Shown: positions 38,480 through 51,935, counted from the first letter of the stretch. The stretch: DNA of 64,000 bases from Lepidodermella squamata (GCA_047495785.1 JBLDXI010000002.1:1364001-1428000), one strand, 5' to 3'. A program made the numbers and translations. Notes: generated from the sequence alone by a model not told the origin.

Positions 38480-40790
38480 TCACGAGGCTTTATTGGCTCC
38501 TTTATTGGCAGCACTTGCCTTCGAATTGGCCCAGCCTGGCTGGTCAACATCGGCAATAACACAGCAGAGATTCGGGAATTCGACCATCGCAGATGAGTGG
38601 AATAAAATATTCGAAAATACAATGTAGTATTCGCAGGCGGCGTACCACGAATAGACTAAAAATAGAAAATTATTTAGAATTCAATTGAAAACAGAAAACT
38701 AAATTTTAGCGGAACCAAATTTTCAATTAATTTATATTATTAACTTATATTATTTAATAATTTATTCTCATTTAATATTTTCGAATAGTGTAGGGTAGGT
38801 AAATCCTGATCAGGCCAAGTTTTCACGTCTCATGACTAGGCCTTTTAGATTTAGTGTAAGTTCGTACCCGTTTTTACCCCTCTTCGTACCTTTGGTACCT
38901 AATAAATCAGTTGGAGATTTTGCTAATCAATTGTTCTCTTTCCTTTTAGACTTGTTACTTGAACATATGGCTTACTCCAAACCTCAACAGAAAGTTTACA
39001 GGAAGTATCGCAGAAACCGTTCGCTGGGGAAAGACCAGGAGTATAGTGCGTGGCTGCGCATCTGCTTCCACATAGACGTTGGCGCTTCGGAATTCATTCG
39101 AAATTAGGCTTCAAGGAAATCAACGACGTGCGGAATGGGTTGCCCAAGTTCGACCCGATCGAAAAAGCCTTCGATCGTGGATTTATTTGTTTCGTTCAGC
39201 AAGGCTCCAACCTCATAGTGCGACTCCTGGATATCGAGCTCACTTCAAGGTTGCTTGTAAGTGAAAGCTGGATGCAGCAAGCATGGTAGCGATATTGAAC
39301 TTCCACTTGAACTCCAGACGATGACCTACGGGGACCTTAACGGCACCTTCATGCACCACCACCGAGCGGATTTGGCCCATTTCATAGGTGCCTCTACCTG
39401 CTCGCACAATTAGCTTTCGAAAAAGCCAAAATGGCAAAGTGGATCGCCCAAATGCCGACCCGCTGATTAACTATTGCTCACCAAAAGCAAAACAACTGGT
39501 GGAGCCACCATGCAGCCTGGGGTCGACGGTGCAGGTGATTAAAAGGATGCATGATTGGAGCTCAGCGCAATTCCGATGCCTGCTCCTGGTGACTTTCTCC
39601 CGCGTCTTTCCAAGTATCGCTGCTCATTGACCCTCGCCCACTATAACCGATCTCGCGACCACCTCTAGCATCTATTGAACCTGAGCCTTTGATTTCCCGT
39701 AACTATTGTTTACGGCTCTATTTTTCTGCGACAATTCATTCGGCCTCAGATAGAAATTGTTCGAAGTGCTGAAAGCTGGCGTCACATAGAACATTCGGTG
39801 GTTGTTTGTTTACGTTGCTACTGATTATATTAATCTGAAGTTGGTTGCTTAAAGCATTCTGCTTTCATTTTTATTTCTTGAAAAACAAAAAATGAAACCG
39901 CTACAGCTTTTTATATTGCACGAAAGCTTAAAATGCTGTGGTAAGAATTTGCTGGTAAGAAGTTACCTTTTACCCTTGGTTAGAATTTAATAGGTATTTT
40001 TGAATGCTGAGAAAAAATCGCGTAAATAAAAAATTCAGTTAAGTAATTTTGGTCAAATAAAAAGTATTCAAAATTTGGTTCCACTAAAATTAAGATCCAA
40101 TAAAACGCACCTCCAGGTTCACAATAAGCGTTGTGACGAATAAATAAATAGATCGATAGAATAAAAACGGACACATTCGTAACGAAAGCGAAAATCTTGA
40201 TTTTGAAAGCTCGCATTTGCTGAAATTGAAACAATATTTTTCAAATTAACGTCAATGACTCAAAAACGTACTGCAGCATCAAGTCCAACTACTTTCCTCG
40301 CACGATTTTGAACATAAATCGTGAAAATCATGTAAAAAGTAGCACAGGCCATGAAGGTGATGAACGACTTCTCGTGGACCGAGTAATTTTCTCGTGAAGA
40401 TACAAAGGTGAGCATGACCAAGCACACGTTTTCGATCACATTCAGCACCACAGCCGATTTCGACAAAATGCTGAACGCTGATTCACAAATTTTCTTGCTC
40501 AAATCAGCGTAGTGAGCAAAATAGAACGATGGAATTATGAAAGTACGCGGCAAACAGTGGTAGGCGATGCAAAATCGCCAAATGTAACGTTCCGGGGCCG
40601 AATCGCCAACAGCAGCGCTGATCGAGGGCAGAAAATTCCAAACGCCACAGTGAGTTCGAGTCGCTTGTTCGAAATGATACGTTACAGCTATCAGCACACA
40701 TGCCGTAAAGCCGGCAAGGGGCAGAAACGATGTAATCCAGCCCCATACGAAGAATGGAATCGTTCCATATACTTTCAATAACTTGGTCAT
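38480..40790 (-). CDS. PGAP2: PGAP2/FRAG1-family protein, copy B; exons 40790-40272, 40219-40111, 38655-38480
   Basis: ATRTHCGVWNFLPSISAA, PERYIWR, VSSRENYSVHEKSF, RHNAYCEPG/VYSWYAACEY...NILFH; in-frame GT-AG junctions. Confidence 0.9.
38790..39976. mobile_element. Putative degraded insertion (approx. 1.2 kb) expanding PGAP2 copy B intron 2
   Basis: Intron is 1455 nt versus 60 nt in copy A; the ends AGGGTAGGTAAATCCTGATCAG and (reverse complement) AGGGTAAAAGGTAACTTCTTACCAG form an imperfect inverted repeat; no recognisable transposase. Confidence 0.35.
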
Positions 40791-41021
40791 TTTCTACCAA
40801 AACAATTTAAGAACATTTAAGGAGGGGTTTTATGTTCAAAGATCTTGAGATATTTCAATTTGAGGTATTAAATTTTTGAAAGATTCTGAATCAGCAGCAG
40901 ATGTATCGATAAGGTTCGTGTAAGCTGATGGTGCCAGTTCAGCAGCATAGATCGACAGCAAAATTAGGCTTATTAGCCCAGTCTTCGAGGGCCACAGCTG
41001 AAATGAGAAAAATTGCAGGCG

Positions 41022-41944
41022 TCACAAGTCTTTATTTTTGGCTCTATTATTGGCAGCACTTGCCTTCGAATCGATCCAGCTTGGCTGGTCGACATTGCCA
41101 ATTACAGCGCAGAGATTCGGGAATTCGATCAAAACCGTTGAGTGGAATAAAATATTCGAAAATACAATGTAGTATTCACAGGCGGCGAACAACGAATAGA
41201 CTATATATAAATAAATTATTAAAAAATGACAAATGAGCGCCCGACAAAAAATGAGCGCACCTCCATCTTCACAATGCTTGTTGTGACGATAAAATAAATA
41301 GCAGGCTAGAATTGAAACGAGTAAATTCGTAACAAAAGCGAAAATCTTGATTTCGAAAGCTCGCATATGCTGAAATTAAAACACAATTAATTTCAAATTT
41401 TAAATCTAATGATTCAGAAACTTACTGCCGCATCGAGTCCGACTTCTTTCCGCACGCGATTTTGAACATAAATCGTGAGAGCCATGTAAAACGTAGCACA
41501 GGCCATGAAGGAGTAGAACGACTTCTCGTGGACCCAGTAATTATCTCGCGAAGAAACGTAAGTGAGTATGACCAAGCACACGTTTTCAATAACATTTAGC
41601 CCCACGGCAAAGTTCGACAAAATGCTGAACATCGAGTCGCGAATTTTCTTGCCCAAATCAGCGTAGTGTGCAACATAATACGACGGAATTATGAATAATC
41701 GCGGCAGACACGGGTAGGCGATGGAAAATCGCCAAATGCAACGTTCTGGCGCCGCAATGCCAGTAGCAGCGCTGATCGATGGCAGAAAATTCTTAGCGCC
41801 GCAATGACTTTGAGTCGATTGTTCGAAATGAAACGTTACAGCTACCAGCACACATAACGCACAGCCGAATAGGGGCAGTGTAGATGTAATAAAGCCCGGT
41901 ATGGTGAATGGAATTGTCGCAAATGCTTTCAAAAGATTGGTCAT
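41022..41944 (-). CDS. PGAP2: PGAP2/FRAG1-family protein, copy A; exons 41944-41426, 41369-41261, 41200-41022
   Basis: Same motifs and same intron positions as copy B (HCGAKNFLPSISAA, VSSRDNYWVHEKSF, RHNKHCEDG/VYSLFAACEY). Confidence 0.88.
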
Positions 41945-42075
41945 TTTCTACCAAAATATTGAACAAAATTAAGGAGGGTTTTTTCAAGTTCGAAAGTCTA
42001 AAATCTTGATTTATTTCAATACTGAGGTATTAAATTGCTGAAAGATTCTGAAAGAAGAAAGCTCAATTTGATGTG

Positions 42076-43368
42076 TCAACAAGGTTCGTCCTTAACAGCA
42101 CAGTCGCAACTACAATTTTCGATTTTCTCATTTTTCACAGATGTGATTTCCCTCTTCGACGCGTATCTATGAACATTCCGAACATGCGATTGATAGCTAT
42201 CGCGAGTTTTGAAACTCCGTTTACAACGCGCGCAAGGAAATGGCCTAGTTGATGCGTGTAGCCGGCTGTGATTAGCCAAGGCAACGGCCGAAGTTGCGCG
42301 GTGTCCACAGCCCGGGAATTTACAAACGTGGGTAAAATGAACTTTAAGGCGGTGCGAATTCAAACTTTCGAGGGAATAAAACATTTTGCAACACCGGCGA
42401 CATCTCAGTTGCAGGTGACCGGCCGTGAGGTGTCGAGATTTGATATGCTCATCCAGCTGCTCGGACGATTCGAAACGATGAAAGCCCCCGTTCAAGCAGT
42501 AAGGACACTTTGGAAGGTGAAAACGAGATGTATGCGTGTCTAGTCGCTCCTTATTCAAAAATTTCTGGCTACAGGCAGGGACCGGGCAGACGAAAATGTG
42601 ACTCTCCCTGCGATGGTGGAACAAATGTTTACGGGTTGTGAACCTCAACGGGCAATCCGGGCACTCAGCCGGGTGATCGAATCTCATATGGACCTTCATT
42701 CTACCAAAACCGAGAATTCGAGTATTGCATAACCGGCATTGAAAGAACGAATTATATAGGCGAATATGCTTCTCGATATGCATTTTCAACCCAGCTATGC
42801 CAATGCTAGTCCAGCCCTTATGACAACACGGGCAGGCGAGTTTGAAGAACGGCTCAACTTCGGTTTCGCCGAGAATAATCGCAATGTCCTCCTCAATTTC
42901 ACTTCGAAACTCGCGAGTTTTCGTCGGTTCTTGCAAGTTTTCCATGTAGCATTTCAACTCAGTTAAATGCTTTTGAATTACATGAGGAGTCATTCGTGGA
43001 GACGAATATTGCTTCTCACAGACGAAACATGAGAAACGATCACTCTTCTCCTTGCTGTACGCAACAGGTTTACCAATATTCGACTTTTTCGCCGCAGGTT
43101 TGACGTCAAGATTTTCCTCTTTGACAATTTCGGAAGGTAGTGGTTTTAAATGAGCGTAACGATTCGATAACTTCTCATATTTCGCCGCTGCCTCAGCTGC
43201 CTTAGCCCGCTTGTCTGCCTTGGTTTCTCTCCGCCGTTTTACGCCAAGACCTTGAGGTACATTCTCAACGATTGACAAATTATCCGAATGCCGACTTGTG
43301 ATGTGTTCAGTCAATTTCGCCTTTGAGACATAAACTTGCCCACAAAATCGACAATTATTAAAAGCCAT
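42076..43368 (-). CDS. Multi-C2H2 zinc finger protein (single coding exon, 430 aa)
   Basis: About ten CxxC...HxxxH/HxxxxH fingers, e.g. FPCARCKRSFKTRDSYQSHVRNVH. Confidence 0.88.
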   Translation of the reverse strand: MAFNNCRFCGQVYVSKAKLTEHITSRHSDNLSIVENVPQGLGVKRRRETKADKRAKAAEAAAKYEKLSNRYAHLKPLPSEIVKEENLDVKPAAKKSNIGKPVAYSKEKSDRFSCFVCEKQYSSPRMTPHVIQKHLTELKCYMENLQEPTKTREFRSEIEEDIAIILGETEVEPFFKLACPCCHKGWTSIGIAGLKMHIEKHIRLYNSFFQCRLCNTRILGFGRMKVHMRFDHPAECPDCPLRFTTRKHLFHHRRESHIFVCPVPACSQKFLNKERLDTHTSRFHLPKCPYCLNGGFHRFESSEQLDEHIKSRHLTAGHLQLRCRRCCKMFYSLESLNSHRLKVHFTHVCKFPGCGHRATSAVALANHSRLHASTRPFPCARCKRSFKTRDSYQSHVRNVHRYASKREITSVKNEKIENCSCDCAVKDEPC

Positions 43369-43443
43369 CTACACAAAAATTGAAAAATTAAGGTAGAAGT
43401 TATTCAGATTTTACACGCACAATCTTCAACAATTATATAATCT

Positions 43444-45309
43444 TCATCGCTCAAACAACAATACCAACTCGCAGTGCGGCGTATGTGGGAATAAATCGAC
43501 GGGCACAGCACGTTTCAGAACAAAAGGATCGCCCTGGAGACGCCGGCTGGGAATGCAAGTCAAGTGGTCGAAATTATTATAAGCTGCAGCTGGATTGCAA
43601 GACACGTAGACGAGTCGTTTAATCGCCATTGTTTTCCGAATCGTTTGAATTACAGATGCATGGATACCAGCTCTTGGCGGGTCTAAAACGGCAACGATAG
43701 AGGCTTCGTTGCTTTTGGCCTCCTCGCTCCGATTCAATACGCCATAGATCGCCTTTTCAACTTTATCGCAGATGAAAGAAATTCTTGAGGCTGGAATTTG
43801 GTTTAGAGCAACATTTTCAGCAGCATCTTTAACGGCAGGTTCGCACAGCTCAACCCCGACGACTTTAACATCCGGGTTTGCCGCGGCAATTACAATGCCA
43901 ATCGTGCCAGTTCCGCAGCACAGATCGAGAACAAGCTTAGGCTTATTAGCCTCGCCTTCAAGGGCGAAATCGCGAACGAGCGAGTATAAAACTTCGGTGC
44001 ATTTTGTGTTGATTTGAAAGAAAGACTGAGGCGAAATTCTGAATTTCAACCCGCACAATTCTTCAATAATTGAAGATAAACCAAAAATTGGCTCCTCAAT
44101 ACTTGGAGCGACATCAGTTCCGAAATCGTTCTTGCTTGAGCCAGTATTGAGATTATTCCACAACAGTCCAGTTAAACCAAGCTCTTTTCGTTTTTCTTCG
44201 GTGAAAAAATTACGCAGAGCTTCGGCTTCTTTCTCCAGGCTTTCAGTCCGTTGCTTCAGATTTCCGCTGAAAATTCCGATAACACAAACAAACTGACCAG
44301 CAGAATTGACTCGGCAAGTAAGAAAGCGGTAATTTCCATCGTGGGTGACTTGATTGAATGGTTTCAATCGATCGCCGCCTTCTCGGACGAACTGTTCAAA
44401 GGAACGAGCGAATTCGCAAAGATTTTTAGGAATTATTTTACAGGCTCCTGTTTCGGGTCTGACAACCCAGCACGAGCCATCCTTGTAAGAACCTGAATCA
44501 AGTAGATCGATTGATTCTATTTAACACCTAAGGAAAAAATGTAACTAACCTAGCCTGAAACCAACCGCCGGTAAATCATCAATGCCATAACCGACAGTGA
44601 ATTCGACCTTGTTGCGGTAGTATTCTATCTGGGGTGATTGTCGGATATCCCAGAACTCGACCGAGTCATTTAATAGCGGCTTCATGATGGCTCGCATATC
44701 TTCTGTTTTCCGACGAACTTGTTCTGCGTAATCAACTTGACACCATGGTTCCGTGGTTTCACAGAGCAGTTCACCGAGACCTTTCTTCTTCTCTTCTCCA
44801 TCTGGCATAGCACGAATCTCTTCGAGGCGCTTTACTTTGGGGTCTTCAGCTTTCGGTTCATTAGGTTTCCTTTGCTGGCGGCTTTTAACAAATGGATCAG
44901 CCGCTGGCTTCCCATGCTTCACCTCGAGAGTACAGGACTTCCATTTCAGAGAATCTAAGACTTTGAAACCGTGATCCATGTCTTCTTTGGATTTGAATAC
45001 GACGAATGCGTATGCATCTGAACCCTTCCCAAGCAGCTTAATTTTGGAAGGATTGAGACCCAAATTAGCCATTTTCTTCTTGAACGCGTTGTATCCTATG
45101 TACCGTGGGATCTGTCTCACTTCCAGTTTCCACATCTCATTAGTTTGAATGTTGTTGAGGTAAGCTAATGGATCGGACGGCGCGTTAAATATATCCGATG
45201 CCTCTGCTTCATTATCAGGTTGTTGAACGGTATCACCTCCGTTCTCGCCTTCCTCACATCTAATATCCTCCATCATCTCCGTTTCAACGCTTGCAGATTC
45301 GGCAGACAT
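43444..45309 (-). CDS. TRMT2A: tRNA (uracil-5)-methyltransferase homolog A; exons 45309-44550, 44492-43444
   Basis: N-terminal RRM, YRNKVEFTVG, SFFQIN, LDLCCGTGTIG, LDPPRAG, YVSCNP (catalytic Cys), VDLFPHTPHCE; 57-nt phase-1 intron. Confidence 0.94.
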
Positions 45310-46213
45310 TCAATTATCAGGTTAAATCGCTGTATAAAAAAATATTTTATTACTAAGCAAAATAAACAGGCACTGGACAGTTTTCGCCAACGGCAAAAAG
45401 AGATAAGATGAAATTATAAAATGAAAGAAATCGAAAATCTACTCACAACGCAATAAGGCATCATGCATGTTTACCAATAGCCATGCGAAATCAGCTTCTC
45501 AGGTGGAAATTCAGCTGAGAAATTTCGACATAAAACGAATGGCCAGCAGCCAACGGCTGGGTGCAAATAATTGCGCGCTGAGCTACATAGGAATAACATT
45601 GCATTGATATGCAGGGAATGGCCTTCGAATAAGTTCATTATGAAATTCATTATGAAAGATACAAACAGGCAATCAGGCCCACAGTCAAGCATGCAACTAA
45701 TTAGATTTATCGCGTTTTCGCTGGTCTCAATACCAGTTGGCCTGTAACTAACTTGAAAGTTTAAAGAACATACTCCTTCCAGCAGCGCAAGGTGCATTTC
45801 AGTTTCAGTCAACTATCAACCATCAACCATCTTGACTTCTTGCAACCTTCTTGACTACGAACTCAGAGACGCGTCGGTCGCGGGCCACTGCCGCGCCAAA
45901 ACTTTTGAAATAAAAATTAAATTTTTGTATTTGTTATTGAATTAACACATGACAGCTTTTCATGTAATTAAAAAAATTATATGTGAAAATAATCAAATTA
46001 GCGTTCTTAGTAACACCAGTTGGTGGTGTTTTGGAAATGTGCAAGTAGCTTAAGAACGTGATGATGCATGCCCTCCAAGCTCTGAGGCACATCAAGTTTC
46101 CAGTTAGCGGATTCTATTTTTACATCCATTTTATGATGCTAGCCAACCGCGTTACGGAGATTTCATGCTTTCGATCCTTCGCTTATTTCTCTTATTATTG
46201 ACTAGATATTTAA

Positions 46214-48194
46214 ATGGATGAAGATGACGATTTCTTTGACGAAGGAACTCCGAAGAAAGCTAACTCATCAACTTTGCTTAAAAATATTGTTGCTATAAGC
46301 GAAAAAGAATCAAGGTAAATCTTTTAACGCTTCGGTTCCTTCATCCCTACCATAATTGAATACTTATAGAGCTCGCGATCGAGAACTCTCTTCTACGGGA
46401 TCACCTGTTAATTCTCCGAACAGCCATCCATATTATGAAAACTCAGGTAGATACGGAGCCCACAGAGATTATGAGGATATCCCGCGTGTCAGTGGGGGCA
46501 GCAGTACATCGCCGGAGGTTATTTCCCCGGTTGCGAGGAAGCCTCCCATTCCTCCATCAGACGTTCACAGATTGTCTCACTCTTTGAATTTATCACACGA
46601 CTACGGCTCCAATCGTGAAGACCGGTGCAAAAAGTATGCTTTGAATGATCGGGTTAGTTTCTTTGTATTGGGTTTATCTATTTCAGCCCCGAACTTCGTC
46701 TTGATCTTTCCAATTTGGACCTAGCGAAAGCTAAGAAGAAGAAGAAGAAACCTGCGAGGAGTTCATCAGGAAGTCGCCAAAAGTCTAAAGTTGACGCTGA
46801 AGTCGAGGATCGGTCTTATGAATCCAGTCAAGTGAAAACGAAAAGCACGAAACCAAAAGTAAAAGTACCAACCGGATCGCCAAAGAAAAAATCTAGTGGA
46901 AGCAAACGCTATGGCTTGGATGGCCACGCGTACAACGGAGACGATGGCGATAGCTGCTCAACTTGCCAGTCTTCTTCGTCTAGTTGCGTGAGTGAAGTTG
47001 GCGATGACGATTTTTCGGAGCAAAGGTTTGCATGCTTCGGGCAAAGTTTTGGTCCTGTTAACAAATCATATGTTATTTTAGTGATGTTACATCAGTATCG
47101 CCGCTGAACAGCCCGCATCACTCTAATCATGTCAAAAGCGGTTACAGCTCATCTGCTCATCATTTATCATCATCAGGTCCTCGCAACAGTCCTTCCACGC
47201 CGGCTGCAAATGACTTGTTCAGGCTTATGCGTCGGCTAATTGATGACGTCGATAAGGTAGTATTACATACCTAATTCAATGACATTTTTATTAACCTGGG
47301 AATTACAGGATCAGAAAGTTTCCAGAGGCAGGGGTCAACCTGGATATGCTTCGTTTGCGGGAGACCGAGTAGCCAGTAGTACGGCTTGGTCAGGCGTGAC
47401 GGCAGGTGTTCATTCTCGCCATCCAACTCTAGGAGAAATTATTCAATCGCTGTCACGATTCCAAGTCGCGAAGGCGAAAAAAGCCAACAGTACTACTGCA
47501 CCCTCAGTAGCTTCTGGGACCGGAAGCGGTTTCTCTGGTTATTCAGGCTTCTCAGCTGCTACTACAACACTTTCCCACGCAAGTTCGAGGCACAGTTCGG
47601 TCCCTGAGCCTCCAAGACGAAAACATCATGCTGCTATCAATCGAGATAGAAAGCAGCGTGAAATAGCGTCGGAAAATTTGGTGAGATCTTGTGTTATATA
47701 AAATTAGCAAATTTTTTATTTTATTCTTTTTTCAGCGCATTTATCAACGGCTTCAAACTGTAAGAGCTTCTCCGGATGTGTCGCGGGAGCGTCAAATTTC
47801 CGATTGGCACAAGCAAGTCAGTTTTGGCGCTGGGTCATCCGGAACGGGAAAGCAGATTTACATGCCGGAACGGCTATCTTACGGTGTGTCGCCTCTCACC
47901 GGCCTTATAGCTTCAGCACCTGGGCGAGGCACGAAGCCTCTCAGGCCACAAAGCGCTGTTGCTTATTTAAACACACCATCTCAGGCGAGTTCGGTAACTA
48001 GCGACCGACCTAGGCGGCACCGGGGCGAAAGTGGAAGCAGGCCATCTTCAGGTAGTGTGCACAGCAGAACTGCAGGTGGCAGTGTTGCTAATGGATCGAT
48101 GCGAGGCGAGATGTATTTAGAGACCGCCGAGTTCGCACCTGAAGCCACACGACGTCGGAGGAAAAAATCTCGCCCTGTTTCTGGCCATTTCTGA
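46214..48194 (+). CDS. Multi-exon Ser/Arg/Lys-rich low-complexity protein of unknown function
   Basis: ATG at 46214 (MDEDDDFFDEG...) and successive same-strand ORFs separated by short GT-AG introns; internal junctions not fully resolved; no domain recognised. Confidence 0.6.
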
Positions 48195-50017
48195 ATTTTC
48201 CCCAAAATGATCTTTTCGCAAGTTAAATCTGGCTTATAACCGCGTGAATTATTTTGTGACAAGAAATTGCGAACAACTATATTTAAACCACGATAAGATT
48301 GCAAAGCAAATAACCATGTACAGGCTAATGTCAAAAGTGATATTATCATTGCAAAATTTGTGATATTCACTGTGATCTTTGCTGGAAAAATTTTCGATCA
48401 AATTGTGACGTGCTTTGGGTTTTAAGCATCTTCTCTCTGAAAATTACATTACTTGCCGAGGCATGACGGTTTTTACATTGTGTGCTCTGAACATTTTCAT
48501 CTTGCAAGACGATTTTCTCACCTTGCCATATCATTACACTTCATATTATTTAGGCGGCGTTCGATCAAGTCGGAAAAAAATCATTTTATTATTATAAAAT
48601 ACACATAAATATCGTCATTCCTAAAGGAATGCATGTGACATATTGCAAGATGATCACGAATTCTTGCGTGCTGCAATTTCTCTTGATGTGACTTTGATAG
48701 CTTTTTACTGCTCCATATGTATAAATAATACGATATACTTTATATGTTATGTGCACGGCCGCCATTGTGCCATTAAAAATAACGCGGAGTAAACATTTAA
48801 AGTAAACATTAAGCCATATTTTGCATCAGTCTCGGCTAAATATGATCGACTAAATCGTGCCGTTTTGTTATCCGCTCCGGCGCCGATTTATTTATATACC
48901 TATTATATACCTATCAAAAACTATTGTTATTGTGGCATTTTTGCTTTACAGTTTTCAACGTTTTTCTCTCTTATAAAAATCAAAAAGGTCGTCAATTATT
49001 CATCATCGCTGTTATTTTATTTTATTATATTAAACTCCTACTCGCTATCGTTATTTTCGGAAATAAGGTGTTACTTCTGTCCGTCGCTATCGACTCTCAA
49101 CCTGTCGAATAGATTTTTTTCTTCTTCATTTTAACATCAGCAACTTTTCCCCGTATGCATCACATATTCGCGAAAAAAATCAATTTTAGGTTATACGTAA
49201 ATTTGTATATTCTTGCCGACACAGTGTATTGTTCAACGTTTGATAAAAATCAGCCGTTAAATATAATTATAAAAAAATAATCAATTAAAAAAATAAAAGG
49301 AAACATTCGATAACTTCGTATAGTTGTTTTGGGATGCTGATATTGCGCGAGTTGCAAAACAAATATATTGTTGTGCAGCATTTTTTTACGAGCCCAAAAA
49401 ACTGGTCATGGAAGCCGTGATAAATAAGCAAAAGCCCACGTCTTTGTTTAGAAAACCTTCAACATATACGGCGAGTAAGCGCGCTCTAAAATTTGCCATG
49501 TTTATTCAAATTGTACAAACGCTGGCAACAACACAACCAATACTTGTCAGCTTCTTGTATAATGCAGTTATACTGTGAATGAAGACGGTTCTTGTTGTAA
49601 TATTAGCTAGATTTTGGAGCCAACGCAATGCGGTTTACAATTGATGCCGCTATATATTATTAGCCATTGTTCGCGGAACAATATACAACGTTACTTACTA
49701 GCGTCCGCCTTAATTTCAAGAGCACACATCCGCACCTTTGGCGTGTGTGCCAAAGGTCATCCGCGGCCTACTTGTGGACACTTTAAGGGGGCTCTTGTAT
49801 AGTTGAAACGAGATTCTTTTAATCCTAGATAAGTATGCCAAAAATGCACCGGCCGATTTGGCCATAAAAATAACCCATAGACCGACATCTCCTGCTCTGA
49901 ATAATTTATTAGCTTGAACGCATCCGCTGGTTCAGTTTTTTGTTGAGCTCTTTTTATCAAAACAAATTTTTCCAATAATTGAAGCGAATTAATAAAATAT
50001 CGATAAACATTTATAGG

Positions 50018-51935
50018 ATGCGCGGGGTGCTAAATAATAATCGCATACCGGTATCAGTTCTTTTGGTGCTCGCCGTTGCACTTCCAAGCCATGCGTGGTT
50101 CGATTTTTTCTCGAGCATGGCGCCGACCAAAGTTATCGACGACTTCCGCGCACTTATTCAACGCACTCGTTCGAGCGTTCAAGCCGAATTAGCTGCTCAA
50201 CGCGCTCTCGTCGCGCACCTTGAAGAGGTGGAAAAATTTACGTTCGACGAGGAGAAACAACTCGATGATTTAACCGGATCTGTGACGAATCTTTTATTCG
50301 AGCTCGGCAATATTTATGGAAAGGTTAAAATCTCGAGTCAGAAACTTGTTCATCACGTAAGGATGTTGGATCAATTATCTGCTCAAATCGAACCCTTTCG
50401 GGCTAATACCTTCACGCTAGCTGACACAATGATACGATGTAATTTATTTTGATTTTTAATTAATTAATTAATCATTTTAATTATTTTAATTATTTTGAAA
50501 TTTATTAATTAATTAAATTTTTTTAGCTTTGCGAGAAATCATGAAGTACATGAATGGTGCGCCGGAAGATCTCCCGCCGTTCCTTTTCGAATTAGTCGGT
50601 ATGCAAAAGACTGGTTTTTCATTCGGCAACACCGTCCAAGGAACGGGAAAAGGCGAGAAAGAATTCTTCGACCAAGGCTTCCAGCTGTACAAACAAGGCA
50701 AATGGCAAGATGCCTATAACTTATTCATCGAATCTTGGAGGATCTACAATTTGACCCAGAGCCTTGGGGAGCAGCATAGCTTGGATGAAATGTATATTTT
50801 GGACTATGTTCAATACTCGGCCTACAAGTTGGGGAAGCTAGAGGAGGCTCTATGGGTTTGCGAACGAGCTCTTACCTTGCCTTTACAGGAAGACCAAAAG
50901 ACTCGTTTCAAGAGTTCGGCTCTGTTTTACCGTCAGGAATTGATGACTGTAACTCTGCGCAAAATGGCGAAGGAAGGCGATAGTGTTCCGGTTGAGAGGC
51001 AGATTGAAGTTGCTAAGAATCTCGAAAAAACCAAGCAGTACGACCTGTGCCGGGATGAAGTTGCGAACGAAATCAACAAAAAGTTGGCCAGCAATCCTAA
51101 ACTATTCTGCCGATACGATAATCGAAATAGGAATCCTATCTTAATCCTGTCACCGGTTAGGGAGGAATTCCTAAGCTTCAATCCTATAGTTGTTGTGCTG
51201 TATGACATGATAACCGACGATGAAATGACCCACATCAAGAATCTGGCGGAATCTAGGTTCCAGGTCGCAGGTGTTGTGTCGCCGACTACACACGAAGGTT
51301 CGGTTCAGTACGAAACTCGACGAGCTAGAATTGCCTGGTTAGAAACGCTGACGATGCCGAGATTGACGAAACGAGTGGAGGCCTACACTGGGTTGAATCC
51401 TTACGATGATGGATGCGAAATGTATCAAGTTGGCCATTACACAATTGGAGGACGTAAGTCTTGATTTTGCAGACATTCCACCTTAATCGTTTTGATTTCT
51501 TTCATTTTAGATTATGTTCCTCACTATGACCTGCTATTTGAATCTTCGAAAACGGCTGGAACAGGACTCGGAGAGCGAATCGCTACTTTATTGCTGTACC
51601 TGTCCGATGTTGAGCAGGGTGGTGGTACGGTGTTCAACGAGCTGAAACTACGCGTAACGCCTCAAGCTCGATCTGGACTGTTGTGGTACAACGTTTACAA
51701 AAACGAAACTGGCGACATGCGAACTCTACACGCAGCTTGCCCAGTTACGAAGGGCGAGAAATGGGTGACTAATAAATGGTTCAGGATGCGCGGCCAAATT
51801 CTTCACAAACCATGCGGTCGAACAGAACATGAAAATTACGGCATCAAAGACTACATCGTTCCAAAACACGTTCGAGAAATCAAGCGTGACGAAACCCCGG
51901 CTTTCAGTGATTTGCCGCGACGGCTTACTAGCTAA
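50018..51935 (+). CDS. Collagen prolyl 4-hydroxylase alpha subunit-like, full length (copy 1); exons 50018-50438, 50527-51453, 51511-51935
   Basis: Signal peptide, coiled-coil N-domain, TPR/PSB (ILDYVQYSAYKLG), YDLCR, LFCRY, PILILSPVREE, QVGHYTIGG-HYVPHYD, RIATLLLYLSDVEQGGGTVF, TLHAACPV, KWVTNKW (HxD...H and 2-oxoglutarate Lys intact). Confidence 0.92.
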
